64,000 nucleotides of DNA from Thermodesulfobacteriota bacterium (GTDB lineage: Bacteria > Desulfobacterota_D > UBA1144): contig JAQWMJ010000040.1 in NCBI GenBank assembly GCA_029246845.1, positions 46,094-110,093 of the forward strand, written 5' to 3'. The notes below the pieces were generated by a model that did no database searches, had not been told where the DNA came from, and saw only the letters and a list, made by a program, of their open reading frames with translations. Positions 19,827-31,022 of this stretch are shown here, in pieces (within the stretch, counting starts at the first letter, position 1; every line of letters begins with the position of its first letter). The translations under genes and the position numbers were made by a program.

Positions 19827-20600
19827 AAATGCATATACTTCGGGATTAACTAATGCTTTATTTTCTTTCCAGAACCCATGCCCACCTGGAAAAGAAATAA
19901 CTTGATTATTAGTTAGATATCTAGACATTTCACAGGACTTTTCTGCGGGCACAATTAAATCATCCTTGCCGTATATTATCAAAGTATCTGACTTAATTTT
20001 TAAAAGATAATCATTGTTGTCCAATTTACTTATTGCCTTACACTGATTCAAGTATCCTTCTATTTCTTTTTTTGAGTCACTAAACTTTGTTTTCTTATAT
20101 TTCGAGAAATTTGCTTTAATGTAATCTCTAGAATATCCCAGAAGCATAGCATTAAACCAAATCTCTTTCATTCCTACTTTGGAAACTATTTTTTGAGATA
20201 TATCAATTATCTCTTGGTTTATTCTATCTCTAGAGGAGCAAGTACATGCTAAAACAAGCTTCTTAACTTTTTTACCATATTTTGCAGCAAAGACTTGGGC
20301 TATCATGCCGCCCATAGACTTCCCAACAACATGTGCATTTTCTATTTTTAGCTGCTCAAGGATTTCAAAGCAATTATCTGCATATATTTCCATAGTTAAA
20401 GGTTTGCCAACATTGCTGCTTTTACCAGATCCCAAATTGTCAAAAGCAATCATTGAGAAAGAATTTTTAAAGTATTCAAACTGATCGTCCCAGCTTGATA
20501 TAGTACTACCAAGACCTCCAATAAAAAAAATATAAGGCTTTCTCGGTTTATGCTTTACAACATAATTAATTTTCCCTAGTTTTGTATTGAGAATATTTAT
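19809..20600 (-). CDS. Alpha/beta-fold hydrolase; probable non-canonical ATA start at 20600
   Basis: GKSMGG nucleophile elbow, G..DLI, GGHG; the frame extends 49 codons upstream of the tracked ATG (20453) and includes FIGGLG...W..Q, the expected N-terminal elements. Confidence 0.85.
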   Translation of the reverse strand: MNILNTKLGKINYVVKHKPRKPYIFFIGGLGSTISSWDDQFEYFKNSFSMIAFDNLGSGKSSNVGKPLTMEIYADNCFEILEQLKIENAHVVGKSMGGMIAQVFAAKYGKKVKKLVLACTCSSRDRINQEIIDISQKIVSKVGMKEIWFNAMLLGYSRDYIKANFSKYKKTKFSDSKKEIEGYLNQCKAISKLDNNDYLLKIKSDTLIIYGKDDLIVPAEKSCEMSRYLTNNQVISFPGGHGFWKENKALVNPEVYAFLIDKS

Positions 20601-21004
20601 CCTACACTCCTCAAATAGTTATCAATAATAAGACAAGCCGCCAACATATCCTGAAAGCTTTTTCTTTTTTTCCTTGAAACATTCATTTTAATTAATATCT
20701 CATCTGCTTCTTTAGAGGTAAAATTTTCATTCCAATATTTAACTTCAATATTAATTAAATTCTTTAATTTTTTAGTAAAATTTTCTATGTCTGTTTGAAT
20801 CTTCAGCCTACCATCGTCTTTAATTGGCAAACCAACTAAAACTAGCTCGGGAGTTCTTTCGTTTATTATTGAAACAATTTCTTTAAGGTATTCTTCTTTG
20901 CTATCATTAAAGACAAGCTTTATTGGATGGCTGGCAATTCCTAAATCATCACTACCTGCAACACCAATTCTCTTTAATCCAAAATCAATTGCTAAAACGC
21001 CCAT
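20597..21004 (-). CDS. ruvX: YqgF/RuvX family nuclease (pre-16S rRNA maturation)
   Basis: LAIDFGLKRIGVA.SD, VGLP, WNE.FTS, D..AA..I. Confidence 0.9.
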   Translation of the reverse strand: MGVLAIDFGLKRIGVAGSDDLGIASHPIKLVFNDSKEEYLKEIVSIINERTPELVLVGLPIKDDGRLKIQTDIENFTKKLKNLINIEVKYWNENFTSKEADEILIKMNVSRKKRKSFQDMLAACLIIDNYLRSVG

Positions 21005-21034
21005 TTTTATAATCTATCATATAGTATTAAGAAT

Positions 21035-21583
21035 ATGGCTAATATTTTTTTTTATACCCTTACTGACAATATCTTTAATATTCTTCATATTCTTGCAATA
21101 TTAATGAATTGTTTTGGCTGGGCTTTCAGTAAAACCCTTAAATTGAACCTGTGGTTTTTACTTTTAACTATTTCAAGCTGGTCTATCTTGGGATTATTCT
21201 TTGGTATAGGCTTTTGCTTTTTGACCGAGGTTCATTCTTTAGCTTTGGGTTTAATAGGAAGCCCAAGTATTAACTTTTCATATTTAGACTATTTATTACT
21301 CGTTAAATTAAAAATTCCCATCTCCTCTAATGCAATATCTATATTAAGCATTTTAGCTGTATTTACATCTCTAGGAATATCAATTAAAAAAAATCTGATC
21401 CCAGTAAGTAGCAAATTTACTCTGCTTTTATTGATTTGTTGCTTGGGCTGGATTCTTATAATTTACTTCAAAGGAATTGGCTTCATTCATCGTTGGGATA
21501 ATATTTATATTTCATCAATATTGATTGCTTCATATACTCTAATTGGAAACATTTTTTTTCGCTTTATACGAAAAGATTTCTAA
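21035..21583 (+). CDS. Membrane protein, DUF2784-like
   Basis: H..AILMN.FGW ... SW..LG...G.G.C.LT pattern; several TM segments. Confidence 0.55.
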   Translation: MANIFFYTLTDNIFNILHILAILMNCFGWAFSKTLKLNLWFLLLTISSWSILGLFFGIGFCFLTEVHSLALGLIGSPSINFSYLDYLLLVKLKIPISSNAISILSILAVFTSLGISIKKNLIPVSSKFTLLLLICCLGWILIIYFKGIGFIHRWDNIYISSILIASYTLIGNIFFRFIRKDF

Positions 21584-21616
21584 AGTAACGAACCTAATAT
21601 ACTATATATTAAAGTT

Positions 21617-22984
21617 ATGGATATAATTACAAGATTCGCACCAAGTCCTACAGGTTCTCTTCATCTGGGGGCAGTTAGAACTGCCATTTTTAATTTTCTT
21701 TTTACAAAAAAAAATAAAGGTAAATTCATCCTTAGAATTGAAGACACTGACCAAGAAAGATCATCTAATGATTCGTTAGATGAAATTCTCAAATCTCTTA
21801 ATTGGCTAGGAGTGGATTATGATGATGGACCTTATATTCAGTCTAATAGATTGGCTGTATATAAAGAAATTGCACAAGACCTAGTTGATAAAAATCTTGC
21901 ATATAAATGCTTTATGAAGAATCAAGAGATTGAAGAGTTAAAGAACCAGGCTGCAAAAGAAAAAAAGATATATAGATATCCTAGAACATGGAGAGATAGA
22001 ACTGATCATCCAGATAATGATGAATATGTAATAAGATTTAAAACTCCAGATAATCAGAATATCGAATTTATCGATACATTAAGAGGGATAATTAGTATTA
22101 ATTCCAATAATCTTGATGATTTTATAATATTAAGAAGTGATGGATACCCTACATATAATTTTTCAACTGTAATAGATGATGCAGAAATGGGCATAACTAA
22201 TGTTATTAGAGGTGAAGACCACCTGTCCAATACATCAAAACAAACTCTGATTTTTAAGTCATTAGACAAGGAGCCTCCGCTGTTTACTCATGTTTCAATG
22301 ATATTAGGAAAAGATAAAACAAAACTAAGCAAGAGGAATGGATCAAAGTCTATTGAGGATTTTAAAGATGAAGGGATATTGCCAATAGCAATCTTAAATT
22401 ATTTAGCACGTTTAGGATGGTCACATGGCGATCAGGAAATCTTTACCTTAGATGAGATGATTAATTTGTTTGACATAAGTAATCTCACTAAATCTCCCGC
22501 CATATTTGATGAGAATAAGTTGAAATGGGTAAATGCTCAACACTTAAAAAGACTAAGTAACGACGATGTACTAAAAATTATTGAAATAGATTTCTATAAA
22601 GGAATCAATGTAGAACTAGCCTTGAGTGCTGCTAAAGAAAAGGTAAAAGACACTATAACACTCAATCAATCATTAAAATTTTGTGAATCAGAACTAATAA
22701 ATATAAGTGATGAGTATAAAGAAGACCTTAAGGCAGAAGGCACTAAGGAACTAATTGAAGCATTTCATACTGATGCTTTAAATTTAAATTCTTTTGACAT
22801 AAACGAAATAAAGAAATGCATGGATAATTTTCTTGAAAAAAGAAACCTAAAAATGAAGCAAGTTGCTTTACCGCTAAGAATTATTCTCACGGGATCTAAA
22901 GTTTCACCGGGTATTTTTGAAGTAATTTGCATATTAGGTAAAGAAATTTTTTCAAAAAGAATTAGGTATTATCTAGAATCATGA
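21617..22984 (+). CDS. gltX: Glutamate--tRNA ligase
   Basis: TRFAPSPTG.LHLG, LRIEDTD.ERS, IRGEDH.SN, KLSKR. Confidence 0.97.
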   Translation: MDIITRFAPSPTGSLHLGAVRTAIFNFLFTKKNKGKFILRIEDTDQERSSNDSLDEILKSLNWLGVDYDDGPYIQSNRLAVYKEIAQDLVDKNLAYKCFMKNQEIEELKNQAAKEKKIYRYPRTWRDRTDHPDNDEYVIRFKTPDNQNIEFIDTLRGIISINSNNLDDFIILRSDGYPTYNFSTVIDDAEMGITNVIRGEDHLSNTSKQTLIFKSLDKEPPLFTHVSMILGKDKTKLSKRNGSKSIEDFKDEGILPIAILNYLARLGWSHGDQEIFTLDEMINLFDISNLTKSPAIFDENKLKWVNAQHLKRLSNDDVLKIIEIDFYKGINVELALSAAKEKVKDTITLNQSLKFCESELINISDEYKEDLKAEGTKELIEAFHTDALNLNSFDINEIKKCMDNFLEKRNLKMKQVALPLRIILTGSKVSPGIFEVICILGKEIFSKRIRYYLES

Positions 22985-23592
22985 AGAGGCAAACTTTAAC
23001 TACTGTTGGAATTACTGGACTTATGGGATCTGGGAAATCAACTGCGCTTAATTTTTACAAAGGAAAAGGAATCCAAACCTACGACTTAGATATTGAAGCA
23101 AAAAAGCTACTAAAAAAAGATACGAGATGTTATCAGCAAATTATTAAAATTTTTGGAAATGAAATATTAAATGCCAATCAAACAATTAACAGAAAAAGAC
23201 TAAGAAGAATTGTATTTAATAACAAAAAGCGGAGGGAAATATTAAACTCTATAGTTCACCCAGAATTAGGAAATCAAATCTCCACACTTTGTAATAAGCT
23301 AGAAAAAAGAGGTGAGAAAATAATATTCCTTGAAGGTGCCTTAATTACTAAACAAAGTAAGATTGGATCCTCGCTAAATTATATTATATATATTGATGCC
23401 CCAAAAAAGGTATTGAACTTAAGAATTCTAAAAAGAGATGGTATTGAAGCAAAAGAGGCAGAAAAGCTATTATTAATGCAAAAAATAATAGAAAAAAATC
23501 GTAAATATGCCGATTTTACAATAAGAAACAACTCCAGTGTAAAAGAATTTAATTACCAATTAAATTTGGTACTGGATAAATTGGTCTATTAG
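22981..23592 (+). CDS. coaE: Dephospho-CoA kinase
   Basis: VGITGLMGSGKST P-loop, INRKRL...VF, LNSIVHP, ADF.I.N. Confidence 0.92.
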   Translation: MKRQTLTTVGITGLMGSGKSTALNFYKGKGIQTYDLDIEAKKLLKKDTRCYQQIIKIFGNEILNANQTINRKRLRRIVFNNKKRREILNSIVHPELGNQISTLCNKLEKRGEKIIFLEGALITKQSKIGSSLNYIIYIDAPKKVLNLRILKRDGIEAKEAEKLLLMQKIIEKNRKYADFTIRNNSSVKEFNYQLNLVLDKLVY

Positions 23593-23688
23593 ATTATATT
23601 TTATTACTTAATTACTAAATTTTTTATTAATAAGATTTGAAATATTTATATTAATTAAGTAGGCAATATTATTTTCGTGAGGTTTTAA

Positions 23689-25251
23689 ATGAGCATTGAT
23701 CAAACAATGGACCAAAAAATCAAATTTCTTGAAGAAAAGATTGCTTCAGCCGAGGAAGCAGGTGGGAAAGATCGGGTCGACAAGCAACATGGTAGAGGAA
23801 AGCTAACCGCCAGAGAAAGAATAGACTTCATGTTAGATAATGACTCCTTCGTGGAACTTGATAAGTTTGTTGAACACCAAAATCACAATTTTGGTATGGA
23901 AAAAACAAAGTTTTTAGGTGATGGTGTTATTACAGGATATGGAAAGATAGACGGCAGGCAAGTTTTTGTTTATGCACAAGATTTTACAATCTTTGGTGGA
24001 GCACTTGGACTAGCTCATGCAAGAAAAATAACAAAGATAATGGATATGGCTGTCCAGGTTGGATGTCCTGTGATTGGACTAAGTGACTCGGGTGGAGCAA
24101 GGATTCAAGAAGGTGTCCGTGGGCTTGCGGGATATGCCGAGATATTTCTAAGAAATGTGCAAGCATCTGGTGTTGTTCCTCAACTTTCAGCAATAATGGG
24201 ACCTAGTGCGGGTGGTGCAGTTTATTCACCAGCTATGACTGATTTTATAGCAATGGTAAAAAATACAAGCTATATGTTTATAACTGGACCCGATGTAGTT
24301 AAATCAGTTACAAACGAAGAAGTAACACAAGAAGAGCTTGGTGGTGCAGAAATGCACTCAAGTCAGAGTGGTGTAGCTCAGTTTGCTGCCGAAAACGATG
24401 AAGATTGCCTTAAATTATTAAGAGAATTATTCACCTTCTTGCCCCTTAACAATATGGAAGATCCTCCTGTGCTGAAAAATGATGACCCTATAAACAGAAA
24501 AACAGATAAATTAAGAGATATTGTACCGACCAACCCTAACAAACCTTATGATATCAAAGAAGTCATTAGTACAATCGTTGATAATGAGTATTTCTTTGAA
24601 GTTGCCGAAAATTATGCACCAAATATAGTAGTGGGGTTTGCTAGATTAAATGGAAAGACTGTTGGTGTAGTTGGAAATCAACCTAATGTCTTAGCAGGAG
24701 TTTTGGATATTAAATCTTCTATAAAAGGTGCAAGATTCGTGAGATTCTGCGATTGCTTCAATATTCCTTTGCTAACACTAGTAGACGTCCCTGGATTTCT
24801 TCCTGGGGTAGATCAAGAATTAAATGGGATTATTCTTCATGGTGCCAAGCTACTTTACGCTTACTGTGAAGCCACTGTTCCAAGAGTCACTGTGATTACA
24901 AGGAAAGCATATGGGGGAGCATACGATGTTATGTCATCCAAACATTTAAGAGGAGATATTAACTTAGCGTTTCCAACCGCGGAGATTGCAGTTATGGGAC
25001 CTGATGGGGCAGTAAACATTGTAAACAGAAAAGAAATACAGAATGCAGATGACCCTGTGGCAGAAAAAGCAAAACTTGTCGAAGAATATAAAGAGCTTTT
25101 TGCAAATCCATACAGAGCAGCAAACTTGGGTTATATAGATGAAGTATTAAAGCCTGAGGATACTAGAATAAGAGTTATTAGATCTTTTGAAATGCTCGAA
25201 GGTAAAAGACAAAATAATCCACCAAAAAAACATGGGCTAATTCCTTTATAG
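23689..25251 (+). CDS. pccB: Acyl-CoA (propionyl-CoA) carboxylase, carboxyltransferase beta subunit
   Basis: [51 protein letters not shown]. Confidence 0.92.
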   Translation: MSIDQTMDQKIKFLEEKIASAEEAGGKDRVDKQHGRGKLTARERIDFMLDNDSFVELDKFVEHQNHNFGMEKTKFLGDGVITGYGKIDGRQVFVYAQDFTIFGGALGLAHARKITKIMDMAVQVGCPVIGLSDSGGARIQEGVRGLAGYAEIFLRNVQASGVVPQLSAIMGPSAGGAVYSPAMTDFIAMVKNTSYMFITGPDVVKSVTNEEVTQEELGGAEMHSSQSGVAQFAAENDEDCLKLLRELFTFLPLNNMEDPPVLKNDDPINRKTDKLRDIVPTNPNKPYDIKEVISTIVDNEYFFEVAENYAPNIVVGFARLNGKTVGVVGNQPNVLAGVLDIKSSIKGARFVRFCDCFNIPLLTLVDVPGFLPGVDQELNGIILHGAKLLYAYCEATVPRVTVITRKAYGGAYDVMSSKHLRGDINLAFPTAEIAVMGPDGAVNIVNRKEIQNADDPVAEKAKLVEEYKELFANPYRAANLGYIDEVLKPEDTRIRVIRSFEMLEGKRQNNPPKKHGLIPL

Positions 25252-25273
25252 GTTTTCTCTGGAGATTAATTTT

Positions 25274-26770
25274 ATGTATAAAAAGATTTTAATTGCTAAT
25301 CGTGGAGAAATTGCTGTAAGAATAATAAGAGCGGCAAAAGAACTTGGAATAAAAACAGTCGCTGTTTATTCCGACGCTGATAAGAATTCACTACATGTAA
25401 ACTTAGCAGATCAGGCATACAATATAGGTAAGTCTCTTCCAAGTCAGAGCTACCTCGTGGCTAAAAAAATAATTTCAGTAGCTAAGAAAGCAAAGTGTGA
25501 TGGTGTTCATCCGGGATACGGTTTCTTATCTGAAAATGCAGAATTTGCTGAAGAATGTATTAAGAATAAAATTGATTTCATTGGACCAAGCGCGGAAGCT
25601 ATTAGGTTAATGGGTGACAAGATAACATCAAGGGAAATTGCCAAAACTGCAAAAGTACCGTTAGTTCCTGGAACTGATGGTGAGGTTAATGATGATGAAG
25701 CTTTAGGAATTGCGAAAAAAATTGGCTTTCCATTAATGATAAAAGCATCTGCGGGTGGTGGTGGAAAGGGAATGAGGTTAGTTCACGAAGAGTCTGAATT
25801 CGAAAACTCTCTTAAGATGGCAAAGAGTGAAGCTAAAAATGCTTTTAACAATGATGCTGTTTTTATTGAAAGGTTTGTTCAAGAACCAAGACATATTGAG
25901 ATACAAATTCTTGGAGACAAAAAAGGTAATGTTGTGCATCTTTTTGAAAGAGAGTGCTCAATACAAAGAAGACATCAAAAGGTTGTCGAAGAGGCACCCT
26001 CTCCTGGTGTAAGTGAGAAAACTAGAAAGAAAATGGGTGAAATTGCTGTACAGCTTGCTAAAAAAGTTTCATATTCCGGGGCAGGTACCGTTGAGTTTAT
26101 AATGGATCAAAAAGAAAACTTTTATTTTCTAGAAATGAACACCAGAGTTCAAGTTGAACACCCTATAACGGAAATGATCACTGGCATAGATATAGTTAAA
26201 GAAATGATTAAGGTTTCCTATGGACATGAATTGAGTTTTAAACAAAAAGATATAGTAAGAAAAGGTCATGCTATAGAATGTAGAGTGTGTGCTGAGGACC
26301 CTGACAACAATTTCCTTCCTACACCTGGAACAATCTTTTATGTTAAACCACCTCAAGGTCCTGGTGTAAGAGATGATTCTTCACTTTTTAATGGATATAA
26401 AGTTACTACTTTTTATGACCCAATGCTTTCCAAACTTATAGTGTGGTCAGAAGATAGAGATAGTGCAATAAAAAGAATGTCCAGAGCACTCTCTGAATAT
26501 ATTGTCTTGGGAGTTAAAACAAACCTTGGATTTCTTGTAAGATTAATGGATGATAAGGATTTTATTTCTGGTAAATTAGATACAGGTTTTATAGAAAAAC
26601 ATAAGAAACTTTTAAAGATTCCAAAAGAAAATTCCAATATAGCTACTGTTGCATCCGCAATAATGCTCCATGCGGGAATAGGAGTTGAAAATCTAGAGAG
26701 GGATCCTAGATTTACTCCATGGAAATATATAGCAAGGAGAGCAAGCGTTTCTAGAAACTCTATGTTCTAG
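25274..26770 (+). CDS. Biotin carboxylase subunit of acyl-CoA carboxylase (AccC/PccA-type)
   Basis: ILIANRGEIA, HPGYGFLSEN, GGGGKGMR, RECSIQRRHQK, EMNTRVQVEHP. Confidence 0.95.
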   Translation: MYKKILIANRGEIAVRIIRAAKELGIKTVAVYSDADKNSLHVNLADQAYNIGKSLPSQSYLVAKKIISVAKKAKCDGVHPGYGFLSENAEFAEECIKNKIDFIGPSAEAIRLMGDKITSREIAKTAKVPLVPGTDGEVNDDEALGIAKKIGFPLMIKASAGGGGKGMRLVHEESEFENSLKMAKSEAKNAFNNDAVFIERFVQEPRHIEIQILGDKKGNVVHLFERECSIQRRHQKVVEEAPSPGVSEKTRKKMGEIAVQLAKKVSYSGAGTVEFIMDQKENFYFLEMNTRVQVEHPITEMITGIDIVKEMIKVSYGHELSFKQKDIVRKGHAIECRVCAEDPDNNFLPTPGTIFYVKPPQGPGVRDDSSLFNGYKVTTFYDPMLSKLIVWSEDRDSAIKRMSRALSEYIVLGVKTNLGFLVRLMDDKDFISGKLDTGFIEKHKKLLKIPKENSNIATVASAIMLHAGIGVENLERDPRFTPWKYIARRASVSRNSMF

Positions 26771-26787
26771 AAAGCAGTATAGTTATA

Positions 26788-27288
26788 ATGAAATATGATT
26801 TAAAAATTAATAAAAAAATAGTTTCTTTTGAATTAGTAGAAAAAGATAATAACTACAAGATACTACTAGATGAAAAAAAATACTCTGCAGAATTAGTAAA
26901 AATTGATTCAAACCTATACTCTTTAATGTGCGATGGTTCTACTTATACTATTGCAATACAAAAAGAGGGAAAAAGAATTGACTTATTCTTTAGGGGAGAT
27001 TTATTTAGCTATGAGATCCCATCACAAAGAGATAAGGGCGGGACTGAGAATACATCAGGAATCGATAAAATTTCAGCTCCAATGCCAGGAAGAGTAGTAA
27101 AGCTCCTCAAGGAAACAGGTGACATGGTCTCGGAGGGTGAGGGTGTTGTTGTTGTAGAAGCAATGAAAATGGAAAGCGAACTTAAGACAACAATAGATGG
27201 AAAAATAACTGATATTAGCGTCAAGGAAGGGGATACTCTTGACTTAGGTGCTCACATATTAACAGTTGAATCACAAGATAAAAAATAA
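26788..27288 (+). CDS. Biotin carboxyl carrier protein
   Basis: APMPGRV and EAMKME biotinylation motif. Confidence 0.95.
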   Translation: MKYDLKINKKIVSFELVEKDNNYKILLDEKKYSAELVKIDSNLYSLMCDGSTYTIAIQKEGKRIDLFFRGDLFSYEIPSQRDKGGTENTSGIDKISAPMPGRVVKLLKETGDMVSEGEGVVVVEAMKMESELKTTIDGKITDISVKEGDTLDLGAHILTVESQDKK

Positions 27289-27303
27289 TATTATTACTCT
27301 ATA

Positions 27304-28836
27304 TTGAAAAATTTTCTTTTAATAATCTTTTTAATTTTATCATCTATAAATGATTCTCACCCATCTCCCATAAGAATTAATATTGGTAGTGAGCCTGGAA
27401 CCTTAGATTGGAATCTAGCAACGGATAGTTCTTCTTTTCAAATAATTAACAACATAATGGCTGGCCTAACAAGTTTCAATAGTGAGCTTAAGCTAGTACC
27501 AAATCTAGCAGAATCGTGGATTATTAACAAAAAAGATAAGACTATAACAATTAAAATAAAAGAAAATATTAAATGGTCTGACGGTACAGAATTAATATCA
27601 AAACACTTCATAGACTCGTGGGAAAGACTATTGAATCCCAATACAGCTGCTGACTATGCATACTTTCTTTATGATATTAAGAACGCTAAAGAATATAATC
27701 TTGGAATAATAAAGGAATTTAAATTAGTAGGGGTAAAGTCGCTTGATAATAAAACAATTTTAATTAATTTAAATGAAAATAAGTCCTATTTTATGAGCCT
27801 TTTAAGTTTTATGTCTACATTTCCAATAAGAATTGAGCAGGTCCAAGCTCACAATGAAAAATGGATTCAACCAGAAAATATATTAACTTTAGGGAAATAT
27901 GGTCTTAGCAAATGGGAAAGTCATGAATATATTCTGTTGGAGCCAAGAAACAATGAACTTAAATCAGTCTTGCTTTTAATGAACGATAATCCATCGTCTT
28001 CACTTGCAATGTTTGAGAATGGCAAGCTTGACGTTATAGACGGAGGCGGAATCCCCCTACTTGAAATTCCATATCTTAAATCAAAGAAACTATTAAATTT
28101 TGAATCACAATTCAGAAATAATTATATTGGTTTTAATGTTAAGAAATTTCCATTCAACAATAAGGAGGTGCGTAAGGCTTTTTCTCTGGCAATAGACAAA
28201 TCTATATTTGAAAAAGTTTTATATAACACCGTAATTAAAACTGAATCATGGATTCCACCTGGCCTAATTGGTAGCATCCACAGCAATAAACCAAGATACA
28301 ACAAAGAAATAGCAAATGAACTATTAAATCAAAATGGTTTTGAAGATAGAGGTAAGTTCCCAAAAGTTATGTTTCTATTCCCTGAAAGTGGCAACAACAG
28401 AATTATTGCTGAAATACTCCAAACAATGTGGATGGAGAACCTAGGAGTTCAGGTTGAAATTCGCGGACTTGAATGGAAAATTTATCTGATTACGCTAGAT
28501 ATTGATAGACCTCATATGTTTCGTGCTGGATGGGCAGCTGACTATCCAGATCCACATAACTTTATGAATATTTTTTCGTGTAATGGTGGGAACAATGAAA
28601 CGGGATGGTGTAACAGTAACTATGATGAAAAAATTAATAAAGCTTCTTATGAAACATCAGAAGAAAAAAGAAGAGAAATGTATATTAATGCTCAAGAAGA
28701 ACTTATATATAATCAAAACACTATTATTCCATTATTTATTTCTAATCAAATCTATCTAAAAAATAAAAGGATAAAAAAAGTTAGCTTCTCTAAAATGGGA
28801 ATTATTGACTTTAGCAAAGTTGAAACCAATCCCTAA
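27304..28836 (+). CDS. Peptide ABC transporter substrate-binding protein (OppA family)
   Basis: EPGTLD, PNLAESW, KWSDG, RAGW.ADYPDP.NF. Confidence 0.92.
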   Translation: MKNFLLIIFLILSSINDSHPSPIRINIGSEPGTLDWNLATDSSSFQIINNIMAGLTSFNSELKLVPNLAESWIINKKDKTITIKIKENIKWSDGTELISKHFIDSWERLLNPNTAADYAYFLYDIKNAKEYNLGIIKEFKLVGVKSLDNKTILINLNENKSYFMSLLSFMSTFPIRIEQVQAHNEKWIQPENILTLGKYGLSKWESHEYILLEPRNNELKSVLLLMNDNPSSSLAMFENGKLDVIDGGGIPLLEIPYLKSKKLLNFESQFRNNYIGFNVKKFPFNNKEVRKAFSLAIDKSIFEKVLYNTVIKTESWIPPGLIGSIHSNKPRYNKEIANELLNQNGFEDRGKFPKVMFLFPESGNNRIIAEILQTMWMENLGVQVEIRGLEWKIYLITLDIDRPHMFRAGWAADYPDPHNFMNIFSCNGGNNETGWCNSNYDEKINKASYETSEEKRREMYINAQEELIYNQNTIIPLFISNQIYLKNKRIKKVSFSKMGIIDFSKVETNP

Positions 28837-29885
28837 GAATTAAAATAAGGGATTATATCTTCAGCATATGTTTTCAAAGCAAGTTCTGGATCCGGGCTAA
28901 AATAATGAAAAAGGACAAAATGTTTAACGCCTTTTTCTATATACTTCTCTATCTTTTCGATACAAGCTTTTTTTGAACCTGTAATAGTGAAATCTATTAC
29001 TGCTTCTCTTGGAAAAAATTTACCCATATCTCTAAATTTTTGTTTTTTTTCTTCATCTGTCGGAGTTATATTGAAGTAATTTAAGCCTTTATATTCATCA
29101 GGAATATCAATATCATAACCTGCCTTTTTTAATTGATCTTGCATAATACAAACATACCTAAAAGGCTCGAGTGTTTTATAGGCCTCGTCTTCATTTTCTC
29201 CTAATGAAGTGAAAATCCATAAAGTTGAATCTATATCATCCAAAGTTCTCCCTGCTTTAGAAGCTGATACCTCAATTTTATCTAATGATTTTCTATATAA
29301 ATCTGGCGTTAAATCTAAAGGCATCCAGCCGTCACCTGCTCTTCCTATTAAATCTAGTCCCTTATCTGTATGGGTTGCGTAATAAAAGGGAATACTTTTT
29401 CTATCGTTATATAGATTTAACAATAAGGATGCCTTTTCTAAATTAAAAAACTCTCCTTTATAGTTAACTGTTTCTTTTGTAGACCATAAGAGCTTCATTA
29501 CATCAACTGACTCTACCATTCGCCGAAAAGGTTTATCCCATGGAATACCATATGCATCAGTATTCATAGACTCTCCTACCCCTAGCCCTAAAGCGACTCT
29601 ACCTTTTGATAAATGGTCTACCGTTGCTAGTCTTTGAGCAAAAACTGCGGGATGATTTCTATGTGGATCAGATGTTGCACCTATCGTGATGTTCTCTGTC
29701 AACTGTGCTATGGATGCAGCAATTGTCCAAGCTTCATAGGCTGGGCTGGGTGCAATAAAAGCAAGATGGTCGGGGAACCAAAGACTATCAAATCCGAGCT
29801 TATCGGCCTTAATACAAAAATCAATAAGTCCTTTAGAATCGGCACCTGGCATTGGGGGAACTAGTCCAAATTTGATTTTATTCAT
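28833..29885 (-). CDS. LLM-class (luciferase-like) oxidoreductase, probably F420-dependent
   Basis: GFDSLWFPDH, HPAVFAQ..ATVDHLS.GR..LGLG.GE..N, GDGWMP; cof genes are present in the same window. Confidence 0.85.
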   Translation of the reverse strand: MNKIKFGLVPPMPGADSKGLIDFCIKADKLGFDSLWFPDHLAFIAPSPAYEAWTIAASIAQLTENITIGATSDPHRNHPAVFAQRLATVDHLSKGRVALGLGVGESMNTDAYGIPWDKPFRRMVESVDVMKLLWSTKETVNYKGEFFNLEKASLLLNLYNDRKSIPFYYATHTDKGLDLIGRAGDGWMPLDLTPDLYRKSLDKIEVSASKAGRTLDDIDSTLWIFTSLGENEDEAYKTLEPFRYVCIMQDQLKKAGYDIDIPDEYKGLNYFNITPTDEEKKQKFRDMGKFFPREAVIDFTITGSKKACIEKIEKYIEKGVKHFVLFHYFSPDPELALKTYAEDIIPYFNS

Positions 29886-29894
29886 TTAATATAC

Positions 29895-31022
29895 CTACTC
29901 TAAAAAGCTTTTTAGCACTTCTCCAACATCGGACTTCGCCAACTTTTCTAAAGCCTTCTTCTCTATTTGTCTAATTCTTTCTCTGGTTAAATCGAACTTC
30001 TTACCTATTTCATCTAACGTATAAGTGCTTTCCATATCAATTCCAAATCTCATTTTAATAATTTCTTCCTCTCTGGGAGTTAGGGCTTTAAGTGCACCTT
30101 TAATTCTTTCTGTTAAAGAACTCTCAGCAACAATCTTATCGGGGACAGGAGAGCCTTCGTCAGGAATGAAATCAAGCAGTGTAGCCTTTTCTCCATCGAA
30201 GACAGGTGTATCTAGTTGTATAACTTCATTAGTTGACTCAAGTATTCTCTTTACACCATCAATGGATATTCCCACTTTGTCAGCTATTTCAGATGGGGTA
30301 GGTTTCCTTCCTAAGTCTTTTTGTAAAGCCGTACTAGCCTTAAAGACTTTACTAGCTTGTTCTAAAACATAAACGGGAACTCTAATTGTTCTAGTTTGAT
30401 CCAGCAGAGCTCTGGAAATTGCTTGATGTATCCACCATGAAGCATAAGTTGAAAACTTAAAGCCTTTAGTATGGTCGAATCTTTCAACAGCTCTCATCAA
30501 TCCAACGTTACCTTCTTGAATTAAATCTTGAAGAGCTAAGCCTCTACCTATATACCTTTTTGCAATACTAACGACAAGCCTTAGATTAGCTTTTACAAAT
30601 CTCTCTTTTAAAGCATTTGCCAAATTCGTATAAGCCCTAATGTAACCTTCGACCTCAGCAACTCTTCTTCTTTGACCGCCCTTTAAAGACAATAGCTTCT
30701 TTTTCTGTGTAGCTGTTATTTTTGAAGAATGTACTTGCTCCAAAAGTTCAGTATAATTCAAAGCATGAAGCTCGGACTTTTTTATCTTAGCTGAAACTTC
30801 AACTTCCTGTTTTGATTTCAAGAGAGGCTCCAATGACATATCCTTGAAATAAACATAAAGCAATCTGTATTGCTCATCCGGAACCCAATCTTTTTTCTTT
30901 GCCTTACCAGCTCCTTTTAAAGTGGTTTTTTGATATTCTTCTAGTAAAGCTTTATCGTCTAAATCATTATTGGTTGAATCGTCTTTTTCAGACTTATATG
31001 TATCGTGTTCATTTGAACTCAT
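29895..31022 (-). CDS. RNA polymerase sigma-70 factor, RpoD/RpoS-like, lacking a typical region 1.1
   Basis: [40 protein letters not shown], region 4 [17 protein letters not shown]. Confidence 0.93.
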   Translation of the reverse strand: MSSNEHDTYKSEKDDSTNNDLDDKALLEEYQKTTLKGAGKAKKKDWVPDEQYRLLYVYFKDMSLEPLLKSKQEVEVSAKIKKSELHALNYTELLEQVHSSKITATQKKKLLSLKGGQRRRVAEVEGYIRAYTNLANALKERFVKANLRLVVSIAKRYIGRGLALQDLIQEGNVGLMRAVERFDHTKGFKFSTYASWWIHQAISRALLDQTRTIRVPVYVLEQASKVFKASTALQKDLGRKPTPSEIADKVGISIDGVKRILESTNEVIQLDTPVFDGEKATLLDFIPDEGSPVPDKIVAESSLTERIKGALKALTPREEEIIKMRFGIDMESTYTLDEIGKKFDLTRERIRQIEKKALEKLAKSDVGEVLKSFLE

